A program made the position numbers and the translations under genes. 64,000 nt of DNA from an uncultured Thiodictyon sp. (GTDB lineage: Bacteria; Pseudomonadota; Gammaproteobacteria; Chromatiales; Chromatiaceae), in contig NZ_CAJAXH010000014.1 in NCBI RefSeq assembly GCF_903946935.1, forward strand, positions 133 through 64,132, written 5' to 3'. Of the stretch, positions 23,077 to 31,347 are shown one piece after another. How positions within the stretch are numbered: position 1 is the stretch's first letter; every line of letters begins with the position of its first letter. Under the pieces are notes generated by a model. That model had not been told where the DNA came from and did not search any database. It saw only the letters and a program-made list of their open reading frames with translations.

Positions 23077-24993
23077 ATGCTGCAGCAAATTCACGATCGC
23101 GCTAAGGGGTGGTTCGCCTGGCTGATTATCATCATGATCAGTATACCGTTCGCGCTCTGGGGCATTCAGTCCTATATCGGCGGGGGGAGTGAGCCGGTGG
23201 CGGGCCTGGTCAATGGACATGAGATCAGTGAGCGTGAACTCGATCACCGGGTACAGACCGAGCGTATCCAATTGCGCGAGCAAATGGGGGCGGCCTATGA
23301 TCCGGCGCAGTTCGATGACAAGCGCCTGCGCCAGGAGGCGTTGGATGCGATGATCCGAGAGGCCTTGGTGGTCGATGCCGCCAATCGTATGGGTCTGCGG
23401 GTCGCCGACCCGGTGTTACGTGGCCAGATCCTGGCCGAGCCAGCCTTCCAGCAGGATGGGCATTTCGACAACGCGGCATACGAGCAGGCCCTTAAGTATC
23501 AAGGGCTCTCGCCCTCGCAGTTCGAGGCGCAACTGCGCCAGCGCCTGGTCGGCAGCCAACTGGTGCGGGCGGTCGCCGGCAGCGAATTGGTGACCAAGAC
23601 CGAGCGCGAACAATACCAGCGGCTGACCGGCCAACGGCGCGAATTGAGTTGGTTGCGGGTGCCGATCGCCGGGTTCTTGGGCGACGCGCCTATCGATGAT
23701 CAGGCGATCGCCGCCTATTACGAGGCCAATCCCAAGCGCTTTCAGGTCCCGGAACAGGTCAAGCTCGACTATCTGGTCCTCGACGTGGCCGGTCTTGCGG
23801 CCAAGACGAGCGTCTCCGACGAGGATATTCGCCGCGCCTATGAGTCCGATCAGGCCCGTTTTGGTCGGCCCGAGCGGCGCTCAGTCAGGCACATACTGAT
23901 CACCGTGCCCCCGGAGGCCGATGCGGCGGCCAACCAGGCGGCGCTGGCCGAGATTGAAGGGGTCCGCAAGCGCATCGAAGGCGGCGAGGCCTTCGACGCG
24001 GTCGCCAAGGCCGTCTCGAAGGACCCCGGGAGCGCGAGCCAGGGTGGGTCTCTGGGTGAGATCGAAAAGGGCATCTGGGACCCCGCGTTCGAGCAGTCCG
24101 CCTTCAGCTTGCCGGTGGGCCAAATCAGCGAGCCGGTGCGCAGCAAGTTCGGTTATCACCTGATCCAGGTGCAGTCCATCACCCCCGCGGCGGTCAAACC
24201 ACTGGGTGAGGTGCGCGAGCAATTGCGCGGCGAATTGGCCAAGCAAAAGGCCGAGTCACTCTTCTACGATCAGGGTGAGCGCCTGGCCAATCTGGTCTAT
24301 GAGTCCTCCGACAGCCTGGTGCCGGCGGCTCAGGAGCTTGGCATGGAGATCCAGCACAGCGACTGGATCAGTCGCGCGGGCGGCGAGGGCGTGTTGCGAC
24401 AACCCAAGGTGACTGCGGCCGCCTTCAGCGACGAGGTGCTGAACGAGCACCGCAACAGCGACCTGATCGAGCCCGAGAAGGAGGTCTTGCAGTCCGTGGT
24501 GCTGCGCGTGGTTGACCACCGCGAGGCGTCCACCCGGCCACTGGATGAGGTGCGCCCCGAGATCGTCACCGCGTTGCGCAAGGAGCAGGCGCAGCGGGCC
24601 GCGGCGGCGGCGGCGAGCGCCGACGCGGACAAGCTGCGCGGCGGCGCCGACTGGGCGGCGGTCGCCGGTGACGCGAAGGTGGAGGAGGCCGGGCTGGTGG
24701 GCCGCAATGACCCCAAGGTCCCCGCCGCCGTGTTGAGCGTGGCCTTCACCCTGCCGGTCCCGGCGACCGGCTCGGCCAGCGTCGGTACTGCCACCCTGGA
24801 GGACGGTGACGCCGCCGTCGTGCGTGTCACCAAGATTGAGGACGGTGAGGTGAAGCCTGCCGCCAAGCCCGGCACCCCGGACCCGGCGGTGTACATGCTC
24901 GGTCAAATGCTCGGCCGCCACTCCTATGACGCGGTGCTCAACGACATGGAGTCGCGGGCCAAGGTCGAGCGCAAGGCGGCCCCGGCGCGCTGA
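23077..24993 (+). CDS. ppiD: Periplasmic folding chaperone/PPIase D
   Basis: N-terminal membrane anchor (MLQQIHDRAKGWFAWLII...PFALWGI), SurA-N domain, parvulin domain (DPGSASQGGSLG); lon-hupB-ppiD synteny. Confidence 0.92.
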   Translation: MLQQIHDRAKGWFAWLIIIMISIPFALWGIQSYIGGGSEPVAGLVNGHEISERELDHRVQTERIQLREQMGAAYDPAQFDDKRLRQEALDAMIREALVVDAANRMGLRVADPVLRGQILAEPAFQQDGHFDNAAYEQALKYQGLSPSQFEAQLRQRLVGSQLVRAVAGSELVTKTEREQYQRLTGQRRELSWLRVPIAGFLGDAPIDDQAIAAYYEANPKRFQVPEQVKLDYLVLDVAGLAAKTSVSDEDIRRAYESDQARFGRPERRSVRHILITVPPEADAAANQAALAEIEGVRKRIEGGEAFDAVAKAVSKDPGSASQGGSLGEIEKGIWDPAFEQSAFSLPVGQISEPVRSKFGYHLIQVQSITPAAVKPLGEVREQLRGELAKQKAESLFYDQGERLANLVYESSDSLVPAAQELGMEIQHSDWISRAGGEGVLRQPKVTAAAFSDEVLNEHRNSDLIEPEKEVLQSVVLRVVDHREASTRPLDEVRPEIVTALRKEQAQRAAAAAASADADKLRGGADWAAVAGDAKVEEAGLVGRNDPKVPAAVLSVAFTLPVPATGSASVGTATLEDGDAAVVRVTKIEDGEVKPAAKPGTPDPAVYMLGQMLGRHSYDAVLNDMESRAKVERKAAPAR

Positions 24994-24995
24994 TC

Positions 24996-25030
24996 CTTGG
25001 CGAGCTTGGCGCCTTGGCGTGACAACTGCT
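24996..25030. repeat. Solitary right end of the CGCCAAG-family element
   Basis: CTTGGCGAGCTTGGCGCCTTGGCGTGACAACTGCT is identical to the copy-1 right end; no left end nearby. Confidence 0.8.
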
Positions 25031-25058
25031 CTTCATACACTCAAGCACGGACCCCGAC

Positions 25059-26291
25059 ATGACCCCAGCCGCCGCCTTAACCGACCTGCTCACCGTCTCA
25101 CCTGGTGGCACGCCCCTGCTGAACGCGGGCGTCCATCCCATGCCGGACCTGCTTAACCTCGATGCCGAGGCCGTGCTGGCGGGCTTCAAGACCAGCCAGC
25201 AGCGGGACTTCTCGGCAATCGTCGGCCAGTTGGAGCACGCGGACAACCCACTCAACGCCCTGCTGACCGAGTTGCGCACCATCGCGGCGAAGGACCCGGG
25301 CAACCGCTTCCCCACGCTGGACCTGTTCCAGCCCCAGGGATTGCAGACGCTGTTCGAGGACCTGCACGACCACGTCATGGACCACCCGGTGTGGCGCCAT
25401 CCCTTCTTCGTGCGGGTGTTCGAGGGCGACTTCGACCAGGCACAGCTCACCGCCTTCGCCCTGCACTACTTCAACCAGATCAAGAACACCCGCCAGTGCG
25501 TGTCGCTCGCCCTGGGTCGCTTCTCCGGCCTGATGCCCCTGCCCTACGGCTGCCTGAACGAGCGCATTTCCGAACTGGCCCAGATCGTCCTGGCCCAGCT
25601 CTTGGCGGACGAATACGGCGTCGGCACCCATGCCATCGCCGACTACCCGGCCCTGCACGACCTGCTACTGTCCACCACCCACATCGGCATGTACCGCCAA
25701 CTGTTCGAGGGCCTGGCCGTGCCCTTCGAGGAACAGGACGTGCCCATGCTGCCCGGCGTGGCCGACAACGTGCTCACCCAGCGCCTGCTCTCCGGCCATC
25801 CTGACTTCACGCTGGTGGAATCCCTGGCGTCCGTGGGTCTGGGCATGGAATGGGGCGTGCCCGAGTTCTTCAGCCTGCTGTTGGGCGGCACGATCCGTTG
25901 GGCGTGGAAGAATGATGTGCCGCTCACCCAGCGCCACCTGTTCGTGTTCATCGCCCACGTCCAGTACGACGTGCTGCATGCCATCTCCGTGATGCTGGTC
26001 ACCAGCTTCTTCAACCACGACCGCGACGGCTTGCGCCAGATCAAACAGGCCACCAACACCCTGATGGCGGCCCGCTATGGCATGATGAGCGAGCTCTACC
26101 GCCACATCTTCCGCGACGATTGCCCGGACGCGCGCGGCATCGCCCTGCCCGAGCGCTACCGTCTGCACGACCGGCGCATCGCGGACGCCCTGCTCGAGGC
26201 CCGCCGGGGCATCGCGCCGGAGCGGGTGGTGGGCGGCGCGGCCTACCGGGAAAGCACCAGCCTGCCCTTCGTGTTCGCGAACGGGGTGTGA
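25059..26291 (+). CDS. Heme-oxygenase-like di-iron (HDO/PqqC/CADD-like) enzyme, function unknown
   Basis: HPFF...G...QL..FA.HYF start of fold; candidate metal ligands in LADEYG, THIGMY, MEWG and AHVQYDVLH. Confidence 0.55.
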   Translation: MTPAAALTDLLTVSPGGTPLLNAGVHPMPDLLNLDAEAVLAGFKTSQQRDFSAIVGQLEHADNPLNALLTELRTIAAKDPGNRFPTLDLFQPQGLQTLFEDLHDHVMDHPVWRHPFFVRVFEGDFDQAQLTAFALHYFNQIKNTRQCVSLALGRFSGLMPLPYGCLNERISELAQIVLAQLLADEYGVGTHAIADYPALHDLLLSTTHIGMYRQLFEGLAVPFEEQDVPMLPGVADNVLTQRLLSGHPDFTLVESLASVGLGMEWGVPEFFSLLLGGTIRWAWKNDVPLTQRHLFVFIAHVQYDVLHAISVMLVTSFFNHDRDGLRQIKQATNTLMAARYGMMSELYRHIFRDDCPDARGIALPERYRLHDRRIADALLEARRGIAPERVVGGAAYRESTSLPFVFANGV

Positions 26292-26357
26292 CAGGCCGCG
26301 AGCCCGAGGCCCTCAGCCAGGGCCTTGCTCGATCTTCATCAGCGGCAAAACAATAGC

Positions 26358-26750
26358 CTAGTTACCGGCGCCAGGACCACCGCCCATGCCAGGTCCCATA
26401 CCCATGCCGGGTCCCATACCCATCCCCGGGCGGCCCTGCATCCGTGCCTGACGCCCGGCGTCGAACTCGGCCGGGGTCATCTTGCCGTCACCATTCTGAT
26501 CGAAGTCGGCGAAGCTCGGGGCGTTGGCCGCGCCGCGCATGGGGGCGCCCTGGGCCGCGCGGGCCGCCATCCGCTCGCTGTGGGCGGTGGCGAACTCCTG
26601 CGCGGTCACGGAACCGTCGCCGTTCTTGTCCATATCGGAGAAGCTCATGGGGCCCGGCGGTGCGGCCTGCGCCGCCACCCCCCCGGACCAGGCGGCACAC
26701 GCCATGACCAGGGTCGCGCTGAGTGAAAGGGTACGGATGTGGTGTGTCAT
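26358..26750 (-). CDS. Secreted EF-hand protein
   Basis: Signal peptide; two EF-hand loops DKNGDGSVTAQEF and DQNGDGKMTPAEF; GMGMGP tail. Confidence 0.8.
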   Translation of the reverse strand: MTHHIRTLSLSATLVMACAAWSGGVAAQAAPPGPMSFSDMDKNGDGSVTAQEFATAHSERMAARAAQGAPMRGAANAPSFADFDQNGDGKMTPAEFDAGRQARMQGRPGMGMGPGMGMGPGMGGGPGAGN

Positions 26751-26924
26751 CGTCTAACTCCGGGATCTTGCTATGGTCAGTCATGCGACCGTGCCCCGCC
26801 AGCGTGGCCGGCGGCGGCGCGGCTAAGAGGCAGTCTTCAAGCACCGCCACGACAGACTAAACACAAGGGCGGGCGCACTCCGTGCGGCATCGTACAGAGG
26901 GCGGTCGCTGGGAAAACGTCTTGA

Positions 26925-27844
26925 GAGCAGCTTCATGGCACTCAACGACATTGCCGCCGCGATCATCGCGTTCGCCGATCTCGGTGAGGAGGGGCCATTG
27001 GTCGTCGAGGTTCCCGTACGCGCAGCGCGGCGCGCCGACAGCCGCCCGAGTCATTTCGCCGGCAGGGCGAAAGTGGTCGGGCACGCAGCCGCGTGGGCTC
27101 GAGTATTGGCAGCGTGTCCAGGAGGCGATCGACAGCGAACCCGTGGCCGAGCGCGACCGCTTGTTCATGGGCATGTTGAAGTCGATCGGCATCGAGAAGG
27201 GCAAGCCGTTCGACCCCAAGCCCGAGCAGAAGAAGGTTCTTGAAGAAGCGGTCGTCGCAGGCGAGGCGATGGCCAAGGCCAACACCTTCGACAAACGCAT
27301 CGCCGAGCCTTTCTGGCCGGGCCGCCACTGGAAGCTCGCGATGCACCTCGATCCATCGCAGCACGTCGAGAATTATGACCAGTTGGACGAGCGCGCCGCG
27401 TGGTTCTACGAAGCCGTGACCGCCTCGGACGACACGACGGGCCGGCACCCCGGCGCGGGATCGACCTACCGCGAAGCTCAAGAACTGGATTCCGACCGTC
27501 CCTGGCAAGGCCTGGTTCACGTATCTGCGCCTCTACGGCCCCCCGCAGGGCTACTACGACAAGACGTGGGTGCTGCCGGATATCGATGCCGTGGCGGCCT
27601 GGGAGTAGTCGTCGACAATCCGATCGATCGCTACTCGGTCGGCAGCAACAGCACACACATCAAGTACGCCGCGGACGGTTCGCTGACCATCTACGTGCAG
27701 CGCGTTTCACCGGGACCGGAACGAGAATCGAACTGGCTGCCGACGCCGCCGGGACCATTCTCGATCATCACCCGCCTGTACGGACCGAAGCCTGAAGTGC
27801 TGAACGGCGTTTGGAAGCAACCTGATATTCGCATCGTCGACTGA
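26925..27844 (+). pseudogene. Fused fragments of DUF1254/DUF1214 family genes
   Basis: IIAFADLGEEGPLVVEVP (DUF1254-like), MLKSIGIEKGKPF, WFYEAV, GKAWFTYLRLYGP in a shifted frame, then a second DUF1214 C-terminus (DRYSVGS...NWLPTP...RLYGP). No intact start; frames change. Confidence 0.7.
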
Positions 27845-27959
27845 ACATGGAGTCCGTGCGTCGTTCACGTCAGGTCGGGCCAGGATGTCACGCCGTGCCG
27901 GGCCGGGCCGACCGGGGCCGGCGGCCTTGATCATTCTTCCGGCCACTTGGTCTCGCCAG

Positions 27960-28019
27960 GTGCGTAGTCAGGCCATCTTGGCCTGACCCCGTCAGGGCTG
28001 GAAGCCCTGACTACGCACA
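27960..28019. repeat. REP-like doublet (GTAG class)
   Basis: GTGCGTAGTCAGG...CCTGACTACGCAC inverted ends enclosing two short hairpins. Confidence 0.6.
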
Positions 28020-28140
28020 CCGCTGGCCGGGATTATGATCGACGCCGGGCCGGCGACGGCCCATCGACGCGTCGCCGCATCCGCGCGAAGCGCGGCGCGA
28101 CGACCGTGTTCGCATCACCTTCGCGGTTGCCAAAAGAGCG

Positions 28141-29138
28141 TCAATTGCCGCTGCCTTGCGGCTTGGAAACCTCTTCCATCGCGCGGTCGAGGTTGAAACT
28201 GCCGGGTTTCTGGCGCGGGGGAAACTCACGGAAGCTTTGCAGCCACTGCCCGATATACGCAGCCGCAGGGGCGATCAAATTTGTAGGTCTTGGCGCCCAC
28301 CGTCTCTCCCTCGAGCAATTTGGCCGTCACCTCCGGCTCTCCGGCAGCCGCGAGCAACGTCGGCAGCATGTCTTCGAGGTTGGCGATGTCGTTGTTGATG
28401 GTGCCGGGTTTGATGGTGCCGGGCCAGCGGATCGCAAAAGGAACGCGATAGCCGCCCTCCCAGTTGGTATTCTTTTCGCCGCGAAACATCGTGGTGCCGC
28501 CGTCAGGCCAGGAGTAGGACTCGGCCCCGTTGTCGGTGGTGTAAATGACGATGGTGTTGTCCTCGATGCCGAGCTCTTTGAGCTTGGCGAGTAACTGCCC
28601 GACCATCCCATCGTGTTCGACCATCCCGTCGGCATAGATGCCGTGGCCAGTCTTACCGGCCGAGGCGGGTTTCAAATGGGTGTTGATATGCATGCGGGTG
28701 GAGTTCCACCACAGGAAGAACGGCTTGCCGCTCTTCTGCGCTTTTTCCATCCAAGCCAGCGCCGCCGCCGTGGTTTCCTCGTCCACTGTTTCCATGCGCT
28801 TCTTGGTGAGCGGACCGGTATCCTCGATCTGTTGCGTGCCGTCGGCATTCAACCATGAGTGGATCACGCCACGCGGACCAAACTTCTTTCTGAACTCCGG
28901 GTCTTTCGGATAGTCCTCGTTTTCAGGCTCCTCCTCGGCATTCAGGTGATAGAGATTGCCGAAAAACTCATCGAATCCGTGTTGCGTGGGCATCATCTCG
29001 TCGCGGTCGCCGAGGTGGTTCTTGCCAAATTGTGCGGTGACGTATGTTAGGTTTCTTGGCGTCCGCCGCCTGTGAGGAGGTCGCCCCGATGAGCGCCAGC
29101 CCGAGGGCCAGCGCGAGCAGATGTCTGGTTCGTTTCAT
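28141..29138 (-). pseudogene. Arylsulfatase pseudogene with two internal deletions
   Basis: Signal peptide plus KKPNI (29138-29045), then out-of-frame YVTAQFGKNHLGD...HGFDEFFGNLYHLNAEEEP...GEKNTNWEGGYRVP, then out-of-frame C-terminus FREFPPRQKPGSFN. The CxxxR active-site segment is absent. Confidence 0.85.
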
Positions 29139-29171
29139 GTTAGTAATGCTTCTCAAAAAGTATTATTCATG

Positions 29172-29602
29172 TCAGAACTTGGCGACCACGTCTCCCTTGC
29201 TGGACAGCGTCAGTTCGTCGCCGGTGACCTGAAAGCCGTCAACGGACGCGAGTGCCTTCGCCAGAGCATGCCGCCCTTTTGGATGTTGCGCTCGGTGGCG
29301 CATTTTTTCAGCTCGGCGATGATGCTGGGTACGTCCTTGCCGACGCCGGACGGCGGCGCATAGAGCTTGCACTGGTTGGCGACGAGGAGCGAATTGATGT
29401 AATGGCTGTGCGCGTCGAGAAAGCCGGGCAGCAGCGCCTTGCCGCCGAGGTCCACGACCTTGGTCGCGTCACCCTTCATCTTGAGCGCGGCATCCATACT
29501 GCCCGCAAGCGCGATCTCCCCGTCCTTTACCGCGAGCGCCTCGACGTAGACAGGCGCTTTCCCCGCCATGGTGAGAATGGAGCCGTTCGACAAGCTCACC
29601 AC
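29172..29602 (-). pseudogene. Amidohydrolase (YtcJ-like) 5' fragment joined to a META/HslJ-like 3' fragment
   Basis: VEALAVKDGEI...VVDLGGKALLPGFLDAHSH, then in another frame ALAKALASVDGFQVTGDELTL...VAKF*. Confidence 0.65.
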
Positions 29603-29614
29603 GAACGGCTTAAC

Positions 29615-30982
29615 TTAACGGCATTGGTAGCCAGGCGGCGTGCGCCGGTGCAATCGCAGCGGCATGCCCCCTTTGGGCCCAAGCGTGATCTGAGGCTCCA
29701 GTTCAAGTTGTTGACTCGGATGCCGGAGCTCGAATCGGTAGCGCTGCCCGATGGTCGCCAGGATCAGCGGGCCTTCGACCAGCGCGAACTGGTTCCCGAT
29801 ACAGATGTGCGGGCCACCCCCGAAGGGAAAATATTTGAACTTGTGCCAGCCACTCTCGGCATCCTTGGCAAAGCGCTCCGGATCGAAGCGCTCCGGGTCC
29901 TCCCAGAGGTCGGGGTGACGATGCATGGCATAGGCGCTCATCATGAGGACGCTGTTGACCGGAATCGGGTGCCCGCCGAGTTCGAGCGGCTCGGCCACGG
30001 CGCGCACGATGAAATAGGCGGGCGGGTAGAGACGTAATGCCTCCTTGAAGACCATCCGCGTATAGGGCAGGCGCTCCAGGTCATCGAATCCGGGCGCGCG
30101 CCCGCCCAAGACGGTATCGATCTCCTCATGGAAACGCGCCGCGATCTCCGGCTGGCGCGCCAGCTGATACCAAACATAGGTGAGCGTCAGGGCCGTGGTG
30201 TCGTAGCCGGCGAGATAGAGTGTGAGCACCTCGGCGCGGATCTCCTCGTCGGACATGCGCGCGCCGGTTTCGGGGTCGGTTCGATGCACCATCATGGTCA
30301 GGAGGTCGTCGCCCTCCGCGCCGCTCGCGCGACGCTGGCGGATTGCGCCCAAGACGATGCGGTTGAGGTCGTCGCAGAGCGCCCGCTGGCGGCGATGTTC
30401 CGGGGTCGGGAGCCAATCCGGGACCTGGATGAGGCGGTCGAACTGGCGCGTGGCGATAGCCTGCAAGGCCGGAACCGTGGCGGCAATCGTCTCCGCGTGG
30501 GCGGCGCTGTCGACCCTGAAGAGCGCCGCGGTGACGATGGACAGCGTGAGCCCGTCCATCTCCTGTTCCACATCGGCCTCCTGTCCGTCTTGCCAGCACT
30601 CGGTCAGGGCGCGCGCCTGGCGCACCATGATGTCGGTATAGCCGCGCACCTGCTGGAGGTGCAGGGCGGGCGCGATCATGCGGCGATGGCGCTTCCACTC
30701 CTCGCCCTCGCTGGTCAGCAGACCCACCCCCAGGGTCTTCTCAAGGATTTTGCGCACGAGTGGATCCCGCGCCAGATGCCGCTGCTGGGTTACCAGTAGG
30801 TCGCGGATCAGGTCCGGATGCGACACCAGATAGACGCGCCGGTGGCCGAGCCGGAACTTGACGATGGGCGCGAGCTGCGCGCTCTCAGCGAGGAAGGCAA
30901 GGCGATTATCGCGAAAGGCGCCCAGAACGCCGGTGAGCCAATGGCCCTTGCGCTCAAACAGTGCATAGGTCGAGGTGCTCAT
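29615..30982 (-). CDS. Cytochrome P450
   Basis: I-helix AGYDTT, ExxR (EALRLYPP), PERF, heme-binding FGGGPHICIG. Confidence 0.95.
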   Translation of the reverse strand: MSTSTYALFERKGHWLTGVLGAFRDNRLAFLAESAQLAPIVKFRLGHRRVYLVSHPDLIRDLLVTQQRHLARDPLVRKILEKTLGVGLLTSEGEEWKRHRRMIAPALHLQQVRGYTDIMVRQARALTECWQDGQEADVEQEMDGLTLSIVTAALFRVDSAAHAETIAATVPALQAIATRQFDRLIQVPDWLPTPEHRRQRALCDDLNRIVLGAIRQRRASGAEGDDLLTMMVHRTDPETGARMSDEEIRAEVLTLYLAGYDTTALTLTYVWYQLARQPEIAARFHEEIDTVLGGRAPGFDDLERLPYTRMVFKEALRLYPPAYFIVRAVAEPLELGGHPIPVNSVLMMSAYAMHRHPDLWEDPERFDPERFAKDAESGWHKFKYFPFGGGPHICIGNQFALVEGPLILATIGQRYRFELRHPSQQLELEPQITLGPKGGMPLRLHRRTPPGYQCR

Positions 30983-31259
30983 GGCAGCGTTTACTCCAGT
31001 GTCCAGGCCGTCTCGTCTTCAGCGCCTCGAATGGCAGTGGCTGAGGGTATTGGCGAGAACCGCCTTTTCAAGCGGTCGGTTGCTGTAGCGGTCCACAAAC
31101 GTCAAAACCTCCAGCGCCCCGCCGCGCTGGACCTCACGACTGAACGGCTGGAGTCGGCACCGCCGGAGGCTGGGGGAGAGGGTCCGCGGAACCGCCATCC
31201 GGCTAACGGCCATGGCGCCCGCACCACCCCGCAAGATGAAAGTTGCGGGCGCCGGCCGG

Positions 31260-31333
31260 CCCCCCACCCCGCCCTCCCCCACGAGGGGGGAGAGCGCATT
31301 GGAGCGCGCTCCCGGCGCGACTTCCACGGTAAA
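31260..31333. repeat. Dispersed intergenic repeat (CCCCACCCCG...GGGGGAGAG...GGAGCGCGCTCCCGGCGCGACTT.CACGGTAA)
   Basis: Near-identical copy at ~50896-50968; a partial inverted copy (TTACCGTGAAAGTCGCGC) at ~57960-57978. Confidence 0.7.
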
Positions 31334-31347
31334 AGACCAAGGTGGGC

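Noticed and set aside
26830-26925. Possible IS end (GGTCGCTGGGAAAACGTCTTGAG) at the left edge of the fragment block
   Set aside because: No partner inverted repeat or transposase fragment found; cannot be supported without a search.
31019-31327. 102-aa ORF between mdtB and P450
   Set aside because: Largely built from a dispersed intergenic repeat; no recognisable domain.
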